In this document: positions 24,001 through 37,142 of the stretch, piece by piece | Position numbering within the stretch: position 1 is the stretch's first letter | Layout of the letters: each line of letters starts with the position of its first letter | NCBI GenBank assembly: GCA_004022145.1 | Contig: RCNU01000001.1 | Source: Paecilomyces variotii | Lineage: Eukaryota | Strand: one strand, 5' to 3' | Length of the DNA stretch: 64,000 bases | The notes under the pieces: generated by a model | Databases searched by the model: none | What the model was told of the DNA's origin: nothing | What the model saw: the letters and a program-made list of their open reading frames with translations, nothing else | Translations under genes and position numbers: made by a program

Positions 24001-26275
24001 TCAATTAACGTAGGCTTTCATGTTTTCTTTCCCTAGGAGCTCTTCGCCTTTTCTGCTCTCGTGTTTTCTCTGTTGCAGCCTGGCCTGGGCGGCAGCTATG
24101 CGTTCGGGGGACATAGCATCTCGTTTGACACTTGCCAGACTTAGGGTCCGGCCATTGTCTAACAAGGCCGGCTCCGCCGACACAGTATGCAAAACAGGAG
24201 GCAGATTGTTGGTTCTATGACGAGACTGCCTGGAACGATGTGTATTGTGTCTTCCATGATCTTCTGGCTTGTCGGAACTTGCAGAAAAATTGATCATTGT
24301 AGGCCGAGGAGAGGGCAAGACACGACGGCTAGGTTGATCATATTGGACTTTCTGGGGTGACACGCGTGATCGATACTCGGTAGGGAAGAAGTCAGGAGGC
24401 GATGAGGGAGGAACAGCTTCAGCAGCCTTCGTGCGACGGGCGTCAGAGTGATAAGCAAGGTATTTCGATGGAGACCCCTCCAGGGTGATTATCGGGTCCT
24501 CATCATCATGATCCATAGGAGGCCTTTTGGACAGTCTCCATCGATCAGGGACGCCATTGGGAGCATTACTCCGCATCTGACGGCTATCGCGTTTGGATGC
24601 AGGGCTGGGGCTACCGGGTTCCTCGAGTTCACGCTGCTTGCCGACGTATGCGGTTTGCGGTTCTACTGCGAAATCGTATGCTTCGACCCCGGAGAGGCGT
24701 TTCGTCGGGCTGTAAGTATGAACCGCACCAGATGTACCAGTCTTAAACCGTCCGAGACTTGTGATTGTGCCTTGCAATGCGTCAATGCGTTCCTGCATTC
24801 GTTTACGTTCCTCGTTGAACGACTGCTCGGCATCGCGTCGTTCCTGGGCAGCAGCCTTCAGGCGTCCTCGGTATTCCTGGTTTCGGGCCTCAAGCTTGGC
24901 CTCCCGTTGTTTCAGTTTAGCTTCTTTCTCCTTCCGCCGGCCTTCATACTTGGTCATCTCCTGCTTGACGCGCGTGAGGCTTTGCTTAAGCCGTGTATTC
25001 TCCTTCTCGAGAGAGGCGGCCTTCTCTTCGAATGTCCGCGCTAAATTTTGGAGTCTTTCCATATCTGCCTGTTGAAGTGATAGTTGCTCGATTTTCGCAT
25101 TCGCTTGGTCCAATGCTTGCTGGGTCTTCCTAAGGTCCTCTTCTCTCTTTTCAGAGACCGTGTCGTCATCGGGTTGTTCGGCGTCGCTCCCGACAACACC
25201 ATGCCGTTCGAGGAGCTTCCGTAGCCTATTCACCTTGTGCTTATACTGTAAGGCTAGAGCTGTCTGTTTCGTGAGGTCTTGAATGAGCTTTTCCTTATCG
25301 GCATCGCCTCCCGTGCCAACCATAGTAGAAGCAAGGTTGGAAACGTGCTGTTCCATATCCGCAACCTTGGCCTCTTCTTCTCTAAGCTTCTCTGCCAGGC
25401 GTAGTGACTCCATATCCTTCTTTCTGGCGTAGGACTTCGCCACGGATCGATATTGGATAAGTTTCTTGATCTCGCGATTTGTTCTCATCCTATAGCTTTC
25501 GAATTCTGCTTTCCAATATTTCCCTGATTGAGAACGGGGATCGTCCAGGTTGATTGTCACGTCTTCCGGATCGTCCTCTAGCTGGTCTCTTGTCGCAGAT
25601 TCTGTCCCCTGAGGGGTCTTAACGGGCTTCGATGAATCGAGATTCGGCGGATCAAGTGATGGGTTATTCCGAGCATCGAGTAAACTTTGCGTAAGTTTGC
25701 TTCGAGCTTTGTTCTTGCCATCCAGCGGAGTCGACGTCCATTGGCTACTGACATTCCCCGAGGGTGTCAATTTAATTGCCTTGGACGCTTGTTCATCCTT
25801 CTTGCGTTCATTATCCATGACTGATTCACCAAAAGAGACAGTCTTCCGGCGGTTGGACGTGGTTCCTGGCGTAACTAGGATACTCTTGGTAGGAGACGCT
25901 GCAGGCGGCGGCTGTGGCATCTCGTTGTCCGAATCCTTTCTTTTGGGCATGTCTATTGGTACCAGCTTATCTGCTGATGGCTTCGGTGCTTCATTTTTGC
26001 TTCGCGGGAGCTCTACTGGTCGAGTCTTCCTCAGTATGTTCCGCTCACCATCTGCGTCGTCCTCTGCTCCCGGAGTGCCGAAAAGGGCACTCTTGAAGGC
26101 GCGAATTGCGAAGACAGGGGCGGGGGTTTCTGGGGGCTCGAGGACTCTAGAGTCATCTGCACCAGTCAGTATCATCTTTTTTATCTTTCTGATGTCAAGG
26201 CAGGAAGCAAGGTCGCGTTTCCAGGGCTCCTTTACCTGCTCCGTCCCCATTCTGGCCAGTGATCCAACCCAACAT
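24001..26275 (-). CDS. Spindle-pole-body associated Cut12-domain coiled-coil protein
   Basis: Exon 1 MLGWITGQNGDGA, intron 26157-26235, then EPPETPAPVFAIRAFKSALFGTP, SPTKSILVTPGT...RRKTVSF and DVTINLDDPRSQSGKYWK followed by a long coiled coil. Confidence 0.8.
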
Positions 26276-26426
26276 TTTGCCCGCTGAAAACAAAAGAGCT
26301 GGTCTCAAGTCACGCACACGGAAGCAAGACACATGGCACTGCGAGCCCCATTGGGTTGACGTGGAACGATGCGCTTTGTTTACCTGGTGGTTCTGGCATC
26401 CGCATTAGACTTTCTTGGGGCGTTAA

Positions 26427-26555
26427 TGTTGAAGGCCCCCTCCGGCTGCCCCTTTCGGCGCCCTGCTTCCTAATGATCACATGACCTAGGCGAGCCCATA
26501 TAGGCTTCGCCTAGCTCCTAGATCTAATTAAGTAAGCTTTCTTTAGCTTTCTTTA
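26427..26555 (+). repeat. 5' LTR
   Basis: Aligns ungapped with 31593-31721; 11 differences, all C/T or G/A transitions. Confidence 0.95.
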
Positions 26556-29500
26556 GGTTATATCGCCCTTATTTTTATCCCTTAAGCTATAAGCTAGTTA
26601 CCTGTTAAATTAATATTTTATTTATTCTATTAAATTCTTTAGGTTCTATTTACCTATTATAAGCTTTTATAGCTTTAAAATATACCCTATTTTAATATTT
26701 TATTAATCTATAAAAATTTTTCTTTAATAAACCCCTAAAAAGCCCTAATTATTAAAAGTATTAGCTTAAGGATAGGTATATTTAGTTACTTATTATAGTC
26801 TAATATAATATAATAATATTATTATTCTAGACACTATATTGCTTTTAAAAAAGCTTTATTAATTATCTAATTAAATCTAAATTATAGTTTAATGCCTATT
26901 ATATATATATAGGCAGCTATATTTAAAGGATTCTTAGCTATTTTAATATTATAACAAGTAGCTGACCTTTTATTAAATAAACTAATCCTTTTTATAGAGC
27001 TAATAGACCTTATTCTTAATAAATAATTATAAGAAGAGATTAAGATAGCATCTATATAGCTAGAGAAGACTTATATAAAGATCTCTTATAATATTCTAAT
27101 AAAGTTAGTTTATAAAACTATTTCTTTATTATATATTTTCCTATAGGAGACTCTTTATTAATTTATAGAATAAGAACTAAATAATATCTGTCCTATTATG
27201 TTAGAGATATATTAGGGTTTATTCCTATATTTAAACATTTAAGGCTATTAATAATTAATACTATAGTTAGTATTAACTATAAATCCTATTATTTTATTAA
27301 ATTCCCCCTTATTATAGTAGTAGGAAGAATATTATAATATTAAAGTTAATCTATTGCGCAAATAAATTAATAATATGCTTAAATAATTAAAGATACCTTA
27401 ACTATAATTAAATAGCAGCAATTTTTAAAATTAAAGCTAGCAGTTTAAGCTCGCTATTAATAATCTAAATATTAAGAATCTTAATATCTTTAATTAAAGT
27501 ATTTTACCTAAGAAAGATAGCTAGTAATAAAAAACTATTTAATCTATTATAAAGAATTAAATTATAATATTGCTAGACCTAAGAATCCTTAAAATTATTT
27601 AATTTTTAGACTAGCTTATTATTACTAATATCTAGCTAAAGCTAAATAAGTAATTTAGTATTATTAGATCTATATATTAGGTTAAGCTCTGCTAGGAATT
27701 TATAGAGCTTATTAATCTCTTTATATTAATCTTGCCTATCTCTACCTATATAAAGATAAAGTATATTCTTACTAAGCTTTAAGATTTTAATACTATGCTA
27801 AAAGATCTCTTTTATAATTAATTCTTAAATTTTATTATTAAATAGGAGTTTAGCTAGGCAAATAATTATTTTAAATAGTTTTATATTACTAGCACTATTA
27901 AATACCTAGATATTAAAAATCTAGATATTAGAAAGATATTAAAAGACCTTATCTAATATAAAAAGACTATTACTAATATTAGATCTATATAGAGACTAAT
28001 AGTTTAAAATACTCTAATAATATTAAAGCCTATAATAAGGTCTACAGATTTAAGACCTAGAGCTCTATAGAAACTATATAGTGTCTATAATAAATTAGGC
28101 TATATTATAGAGAGATATTAGATAATATACCCTAAACTATATCTATTGTAGAATTAGAATAATATAATCTCTAAATCTATAGTATTATTAAATCCTAATC
28201 CCTTAGTTTATTTTATAATCTATTAAATTAATAGTATCTCTGCTATACTGGGAGTAATATCTATATATTATATAAAGAGGAATTAAATACTAGATATTAG
28301 ATTAGATATCTACCTAATTACTTAAAGAGAGGTATTTCTAGTATTTAAATCTATAAGAATTTCTACAGCTTACTTTAAGGATATTTATAAAAAATAATTA
28401 TTATCTTAAAGAATTAATACTATTCTAATATAATTTAATAATATTCTATTATTTATCTCTAATATTTATTATGCTTTAGAAGCTAATAATAATATTCTAT
28501 TATTTATTTTATTAAAGAGCTAAGGATTTAAGATCTCTATAGATAAAGATAATAAATATTTTACTATAAAGACCCTAGAAAATAGCTGTTTTTATAGTAT
28601 TATTATTCCTAAAGGGTAAAAATATCTTATATATCTTATAATATCCTCTCTTAATAAATAGATTTATATTGTTTTATCTATTACTGCTATAAATATTTCT
28701 AAATAGAATATTACTACTTAATTAGTTAATCTTAAACTATTTAAAGCCCTATCTCCCTATTATATTACTAGATTCTTAATAGAGTAGTATTAAATTTTTA
28801 GTTATATTAATTAAGGCGATCTGCTCTATTTAATATATAATCTCTTTTTTAGTATTATTATTATAGAAGCTAAAGATCTCTTATTCTATATTATTTATTA
28901 ATAGGCTAAAATTATTAAATAAGTCTTATAAAGGCCTATGCTTAGAGCTATAGTATCTGCTAAATATTTTTATATTAATATTATTAATAGTAGATATATA
29001 TTAGATTATAAAATAAATAAAGACCTCCCTAATTATATTAAGATAAAATATACGCTATTAATTATAGATAATACTATCTGCTATAGATAGGTATATCCTA
29101 TAGTAAATAGAGCTTATATTCTGTTCTTTATTAATAATTTAATATATTAATTAAATATAGAGGGTTTTATAATTATATATATCTGATTAGATAATAAGCT
29201 TTATATTAAAGCTCTAGATATTTTTTTTAAGACACTAGGCATTGCCTATAAACCTATAGCTGTTTATATACCTTAGCAAGATAGTATAAATAAATGCTCT
29301 ATAAGGACTATTATAGAGTAAGCCTGAGCTATAATAATTAACTCTAGCTTAAAGCACTTTCTTTAGCTATATATTATTTAGTATAGTATATATATTATAA
29401 ATTAAATCCCTATTTTAGTTCTATTATTTTATAACTATACTTTAAGAGCTATATCTTATAACAGTAATATTAAGCCTGTTAAATAGCGCGTCTTAGTTTA

Positions 29501-31592
29501 AGCTTAGAAGAATGCCCCTATTATAGCTTTATACCTGTACTAATTTAGAGCTTTAGTATATTATTTATTAACTGGCCTTAAAACTTTATTAAATAAGCTT
29601 CTCTTAAAGGGTAAATTAGTCCTTTTTTTTAATATATCTAATAAAAGCAATATATTATTACTAAATACTGCTACTAAAATAGTAGTATAAATTCTATATT
29701 TTTATATAAATAATATTGCTATATTAGTAAAGCCTAGCCCTAAGCTTTATAAGCTAGCGCTTATTATCTTAGCTATTATATTAAATTTAACTAACTATAA
29801 GGATCCTGCAGTATATAATAAAGAAATTAATTTTATTAAAGATTCTAATATTATTTAATACTAACCTATTAATTTAATAAGAATTTATATAATTTTATTT
29901 TAGGAGAAATTAAATATTCTTAAGTTATATAAAGCTATTATAATATATATTAAAGTTCCTTAGTAGCAGGAAGCTATAAAGAAAGAAATTAACCTATTAG
30001 TAAAGTAAAAATACTAGTATTTAGTCTATTAAGATAAGCTCTTCTTTAGGACCTATCCTATATCTAGCAGATAGGTATATAAAAAGAAAAAAAGTCCTAA
30101 TAATTTAATTATTTATAAAGCTTACTAAATTATCTATAGTAATATATTAGATAAGATTATATTTAATATAATAACCTATATTTTAGTAGTCTTTACTATA
30201 ACTACTAATATATTAATAGCCTCTATTATTTATTACAGCTAGGCTATTCTTTAAGCTAATATTATATAGGCCTTCTTAAATAAAAAATTAAAATATAATA
30301 TCTATATATTTTAGCCTATTAGCTTCTATAAAAATAAAGATAGTATTTTAGTTTATAAACTGGATTAAGCTCTCTATAAATTAACCCCCTTTATAAAGAT
30401 ATAGTATAATACTTTAGTAGAGTATTTACTTAGTGTTGGCTTTAGGCTATCTCTATATAACTCTTACCTTTAAATCTCTATTATTATAGAAAATATCTAT
30501 ATTATTATCTATATTAATAACTTTTCTATATATGCCTTTAAGTAATCTATTATTTAAGTAGTTTATAATAATATTTCTAAGTAATTTAAAATAAAGAACT
30601 TAAGGCCTATTAAGTATTATTTAAGAATAAAAGTCTCCTATAATAAAAAGGATATATAGCTTACTTAAATAGAGTATATATATAAATTTATCTAATCTTT
30701 TAGATAAAAAGATTTTAGCTATATAGAATCTTTTATAGATTCTAAGCTTTAAATTAATAATAAGCCTAGTTCTATAGTTAATACTAAAGAATATTAATAA
30801 GATATTAGCTGCTGCTAATAGCTAGCTATTAAAACTTACCTTAATCTATTTAAAATTATAAGCTTATTAATTAAAAAGAATTTTTGTCTAATTTTAAAAA
30901 GCTATATAGCTTTAAAGTATATTATATACTATTTAGCTAAATACCCTAACTATAGTATTATATACTATAAAGGTAATAGAGATATTAAACTCTTATAAGT
31001 CTATTATAATTCTAATTATGCTAAGGATTATAATAAATATTATTTTATCTTTAGATATATTTTTATATTTACTAGCAGACCTATTTTATAGAAAATCTGT
31101 AAATAAACCTATATCTTAATTAGCTCTAATAAGGCAGAATATATAGCTGCTTTTAAAGCTGCTAGAGAAGCCTAGTAGATATATTATTTAATAATTAATA
31201 TAGATATTATAAAGAATACTAGTCTAATTATTCTAAATATTAATAATAATAGAGCCTAAGATTTAATCTATGCTTCTGCTAGCACTAAATACTTTAAATA
31301 TATTAATATATAGTTCTACTATATCTATAATATACTTGCCTAAGGTATAATTAATTTAAAATATATTAATTTAGCAGATAATATTATTAATAGTTTTATT
31401 AAGGGGCTAATAATTCTAAAATTCTAGATATAGCTTAGGTAGCTTAGCTTAACTATAACTACTTAACCATATAACTAAATTATTTATTTCTTTATTTTTA
31501 TATACTATCTACTTTCTAGTTAGTCCTATTTATTTATATTTAGTTATTTAGATAATTGCTATATATTCCCTAATGCTTAATATAAGGGTAGG

Positions 31593-31721
31593 TGTTAAAG
31601 GCCCCCTCCGGCTGCCCCTTTCGGCGCCCTGCTCCCTAGTGATCACGTGACCTAGGCGAGCCCATATAGGCTTCGCCTAGCTCCTAGATCCAATCAAGCA
31701 AGCTTTCTCCAGCTTCCTTCA
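31593..31721 (+). repeat. 3' LTR
   Basis: TG...CA termini, followed by the GTTAA duplication; contains GATCACGTGACC and the inverted repeat CTAGGCGA...TCGCCTAG. Confidence 0.95.
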
Positions 31722-31976
31722 GTTAAGGCTGAGGCGGAAAAATGACGGGGCGGGAAGTCTATCAATACCGCTCTTTGCTTAAACTCACTTGTACATACTT
31801 GCATTCACTGCTCTGCCCGTCAGCTCACTCATTCACTCCCTCGTTTCATTCACTGTTCAGCATGTCAGTCAAGAGATAAGAGGCCTGCAGCTTCGGCTGC
31901 AACACTTGTCACTCACACGTGACAAGGGCCAACACCGTCGGATGCAGTTTCTCCGCGCCGCTCAAGGACCCCCGCG

Positions 31977-34900
31977 ATGCCTCACAAGCACAAGAAAACG
32001 AATAAAGATGCCCAGAAGAATGGCTCAAAAGGGTCTGATGACAAGTCGGCCCCTCTGGAGCCAGATGCTGTGTCTCTGCCACTCCTAGCCACCACGAATT
32101 ACCGAGAAATCCATCAAAACGAAGCGGAAGCACTGCGTTCGATCTACGGCGATGACTTCGAAGAAATAGAGAACAGACGTTCAGCGTGGCATGTACGTAC
32201 ATGGACTCATGATTGCAGTATGCTCACATGCTAACGGTTGTCTCAGCAATCCTCAGATGTCGCATTCAAGCTTCGACTGCGAGCCTCCTCGAATCCTGAT
32301 ATCGCAGTCGTCTTAGTAGTCGAGCTTCCAGCGACGTACCCGAAGACCGCGCCGCAGCTTTCCTTGCAAGAATTAAATGATCTCCGTCGCGGAGCAAAAT
32401 CAAGGATCGAGGATATCGTTCGGAACAAACCTAAAACCTTGCTCGGTTCTGAGATGATATATGAGGTTGCGCTGTCTATCCAAGATACTCTCGAGGACGC
32501 AGCACAGGCGCAAGCGGAAGACAAGGATATCCCAAGCTTGGAGGAAGAACGCATTGAACAGGAGGCAGTCGCGATCCAGCACGCTGAACAACTCAGGCAG
32601 GAAGAGCTACGTAAGCAGGAGGCAGAAACAGCAGAGGAAGAACGAACGCTACAGCAGCTCATTCAGGACAAACTCAAGCAACGAGAACGGTCTAGGATCT
32701 CAAGGAGGAAGAGTCGCATAGCCAATATGGATGGCAATCTGCTGGAGCCCACGGAGGAGACTCCGGGTGTCATTACTTTCGACCCTCCTCTGGTCATGAA
32801 TGACAATGAAGGCCAACCTCTGGTTTTCCGTGGTATCTGGGGGAAGACTATGCTCAAGAGCACGCACGACAAGGAGACCTTCACGGTTCGGCCGGCAGTC
32901 CGCGATAACAAGGACAAGCTGCGCGCACCCCCTCTTCTTCTGAAAGAGATTTTTCTTGATGAGCAGGGCCCCGAGACACCAGCTTTCCGCCAAAAGATGC
33001 GGACCAGCGAGGACAAGCTGGAGTCACTAAAGAAATTACGACATCCCAATCTGGTCGACTTTATCGGGTTCAAGATCCATAGACCACTCGATGCGTACGA
33101 TTCTTATGACAACACATGGCGCATATACGTGCTATTTGAATTCGCAAATAAAGGGTCATTGTCCGAGCTATTGGACATTATCGGCAGCGTCTCTGTAGAG
33201 ATCATTCGTTCTTGGATGCTTCAGCTTCTACAGGCACTTGAGTATTATCATCGCTGCGGCATATCTCATGGCAACATCAACTCTACTCGTGTTTTTCTTT
33301 TTCGAAGCCCAGCGGGCGACACGACTGTAAAATTGCAGGCAAGCGTTGAGGAAGCGTTGCCCCATCCCTCAGGCACGAAGCAATCTCTGGCAACCTCAAA
33401 GTCACCATTTTGGTTGCCACCAGAGCTCACTCAGGACAGTGTGTCGGCAACGAATAAGACCGACATATGGGATCTGGGTATTGTGTTTCTCCAGATGGCA
33501 TTTGGAAAGGATGTTCTACAGCGGCACACATCTGCCAATGCTCTGATGGGTTCACTCGACCTCTCAGAGCCGCTTCAAGATCTGCTCCACGAGATTTTCA
33601 GACCAGATCCTAAGAAGCGCCCTGGAGCCTTTCAGCTTCAAGCATCCGAGTTCTTCCGTGTCGATGTCCCATTGATCATGCCCAGAAGTGCATCGAACTC
33701 TGTTTCGCTTCAAAGACGCCCTAGACTTGATTCTCAGGGTGTGATGCCTGCCTTTTCACGGTACGGCCAAGATTTCGATGAAGCAGGTCGCTTGGGAAGG
33801 GGGGGTTTTGGCCAAGTGGTCAAGGCAAGAAACAAGCTAGATGGTCGTTTCTACGCCGTGAAAAAGATTTCCCAGACATCCTCTGCGGCACTCAAGGATA
33901 CTTTGTCGGAAATTATGTTGCTTTCACGACTTAATCACCCCTATGTTGTACGATACTACACCGCATGGCTGGAAGAAGACTTCGACAACGTCGATGAAGA
34001 GGCAGTATCCTCCACGGATGGGGACCCTCTGTCTAGCCGAGATGAAGGTGACGGGGATGATGAGACCGAGTATGAATACAGTACGACTGGTGGCCTTGAT
34101 TATATCAGTTCGAGTGGCTATCCTAAGGTCGAGTTCGGCTATGACACAGATGAGGAGAACGATGGGACGGCCACTGAAGATAACGAATATGTAAATGGAG
34201 ATCATACGTCAACGAGCGACGGTCGAGAACTTGCTCGAATGACGTCGGGCTCCCAAGGTCGGCCCGTTACCACGACACTGTACATACAGATGGAGTACTG
34301 CGAGAAGCACACTCTTCGCGACCTGATCAGGAATGGACTCTACGATGATATTGACAGTTCATGGCGTCTATTCCGCCAGATCTTGGATGGACTGAACCAT
34401 ATCCACGGCCATGGCATAATACACCGGGATTTGAAGCCTGACAACATCTTCATTGACGTCGCTAACAACCCACGTATCGGAGATTTCGGTCTGGCTACAA
34501 GTGGCCAGTTTTCCACTGCGGTGCTCTCCTCTGGAGCAGCCGAATATGCTGGCAACTTCACCCGCAGCATCGGCACCACCTACTATGTTGCTCCAGAGAT
34601 GAAATCGGTCGCCGGTGGTAACTACAACGAGAAGGTGGATATGTATTCTTTGGGTGTCATCTTCTTCGAGATGTGTCATCCCCTCAAGACAGCCATGGAG
34701 CGTGACCAGACCCTACAAGCAATTAGGGAAAGGGTTCATACGCTTCCTGCGACCTTTGAGCTTCCGGAGAAAGCTGTGCAGGGCGAGATCATCGAGTCGC
34801 TTCTCAGCCACCGCCCAAGCGAACGCCCCTCAGCCGCAGACCTTCTTCAGAGCGGTAAAATCCCACTTCAGATTGAAGAAGAAACATTCAGACGAGCGAT

Positions 34901-36936
34901 CATTCGTCTTCTTTCAGAGCCAAACTCTCCAGACTACAAGAGAATCCTCTCCGCGATTTTCTCCCAGTCTCCCAAGAGATTTGAAGACATTACGTGGGAT
35001 CTGGACTCTCGCGGCACTCCAGCAGCAAACGAAATGCTCGTTCAGGGATTGGTGAAGGAGAAATTGACCGCCATATTTCGAAGACACGGTGCAGTCGAGA
35101 CTTCGAGGCAGCTGCTTTTCCCTCGGTCAGGGCATTATGGCAATGGCGTCGTGAGACTCTTAGACTCCGCAGGTAATCTGGTCCAGCTTCCTTTCGACTT
35201 GACTCTTCCAAACGCTCGCGCGATCCCGCGTCAGCACACTTCGCTCGAAAGGACATTCGCGTTTGGTACCGTCTATAGGGAATCTCCTCATGGTGGTGAA
35301 CCTAGAACCCACAGGGAAGCTGACTTTGATATCGTCTCCCACAATACTTTGGATCTCGCCTTAAAGGAGGCCGAGGTCATCAAAGTGCTCGATGAAATCA
35401 TCGAAGAGTTCCCGCCATTACGAGCCGTGCCCATGTGTTTCCTCATCAATCATTCGGACCTGCTCGCTGTGATCATGGAATTCTGCCGTATCACTCCTTC
35501 TCAGGTCCCCGTTGTGAAAGAGGTCATCAGCAAGCTGAACGTGGGCAAGTGGACCATGCAGAAAATAAGAAGTGAGCTTCGTGCCCCTTCCATAGGCGTT
35601 GCGTCTACTTCTCTAGATGATCTGGCGAGATTCGATTTCAGGGATACTCCAGAAAAGGTGTTGCATAAATTAGAGACGATCATGGAAGGCACGGAATACA
35701 CTGAGAGGCTCCCGCCGATATTCGCTCGCATCAACGGTCTGATTTCGTATCTTCAAGGCTTTGAGATCAAGCGAAAGGTTTACGTGAATCCCCTGAGCAG
35801 TCTGAACGACAAGTTCTTCAGGGGGAGTATCCTCTTCCAATGCGTCTTTGACAGCAAGAGTCGTGATGTATTTGCCGCTGGTGGTAGATATGACCGACTG
35901 ATCCAGGAATTCAATCCTCGGGTCCTCTCCAGTCGGTCCCAGCCGCATGCAGTCGGTTTCAATTTGAGTTGGGACAAATTAAGCAGCAGCATGTTCGACT
36001 ATCTGAAAGCGACAAGTAAAACATTCTTGAAAAGTTCAGAGACGGAAACCGGGGGATTTTGGCGCACTCGAAGAGTAAGATCCCAGTCCCAGATATGAGA
36101 TTAGTTATCTGACAGCAGCAGTGTGATGTTCTCGTTGCGAGCTTTGATGCCACTGTTCTGCGTACTGTGGGTATCAAGACTGTCCAGGAGCTATGGGCGC
36201 ACAATATCAGCGCTGAGCTTGCTGTTGATTCTTCATCACTTGAGGAGCTCCTTGCAAGATACAGAGATGACAATCATGGTTGGATTGTCATTGTGAAGCA
36301 AGATAGCAGAGAGCGTGGCTTGAAGGTCAGAAGTCTTTTCCCGAAGGAGGAGTTCGACGTGAGGAGCTCTGAGCTAGTTCCCTGGTTGCGAAACGAGATC
36401 CGCGCACGCAATCAACGCGAAGGTACCGCGGAACATCCAAAGCTGCACAGATTGTCCAACCAGCAGGAAGGCAATCTCTCTGCCGGTGATCGTGGAAATG
36501 ATGTGCGCATCTTGGTCTCACAGCACAGGAACAAGAAGACCAACAGAAGAAATATCGTGGAATCTGGTAAGCTTATCACTTTTTACCGTTACTATACTGC
36601 ATCTTTCTAATCATGACTGCAGCTCTTCTGCGCGCTCGTGAAGTAGCTGACAAGGCACTTAACGGCCCTATCGCTGCCATCGACACGAGAGACGATGTCC
36701 TCGACGCAATCAGAGACACACGCTTGTCCGACCCCGACAGCTGGCGCACTGTCATCCAGAGTGCGCCTCTGACTGAAAGAAAATATCTAACTCAAGTGCA
36801 TGAGTTACTCAATGATCTTGCAAACGAAAGTCGTGACGCCGATGACGGCAAGGAGAGCTACTCGAACGCATTTATTTACAATTATCGCACGGGATCGTGC
36901 ATCTATTACGATCTGACGCGTGGAAATGAGAGATGA
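31977..36936 (+). CDS. gcn2: eIF2-alpha kinase Gcn2 (CpcC)
   Basis: RWD domain (EAEALRSIYGDD...YPKTAP), pseudokinase, kinase (GRGGFGQV, YAVKK, YIQMEYC, HRDLKPDN, DFG), HisRS-like domain (AAGGRYD) and C-terminal domain; three introns. Confidence 0.96.
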
Positions 36937-37142
36937 AAGTTACGACGACAGGAGTTCATGTCTATTGGTGGTTATCTGATGTCAACAAGACAGATCTTGG
37001 TCTTCCAGGTATTACATTTGTAACGAGGAATGACTTTTTTGAGGTTATCGATCGAGAAACAGGATTTCCCCTTTAGGTATCGCTACTATTGTACACTATG
37101 TATGCAGAAAAAAACAGAGACCAATGAAGCATTGCTATGGTT

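Larger units (their letters stand above)
26427..31721 (+). mobile_element. Full-length Ty1/copia LTR retrotransposon inactivated by RIP-type mutation
   Basis: 129-bp LTRs at 26427-26555 and 31593-31721; GTTAA target duplication (26422-26426, 31722-31726); PBS-like GGTTATATCGCCC; purine tract before the 3' LTR. Reverting C>T/G>A reveals, in copia order, a CCHC knuckle (~28075), protease DTG (~28245), integrase (YTPQQDG..ER ~29265), RT (YVDD ~30510) and RNase H (EAEYIA ~31130; KHIDI ~31295; ADGFTK ~31390). Confidence 0.95.

Noticed and set aside
26556-31592. Centromere or organellar insertion as the cause of the AT-rich block
   Set aside because: Fully explained by one LTR element with TSD and copia motifs, in gene-dense flanks.
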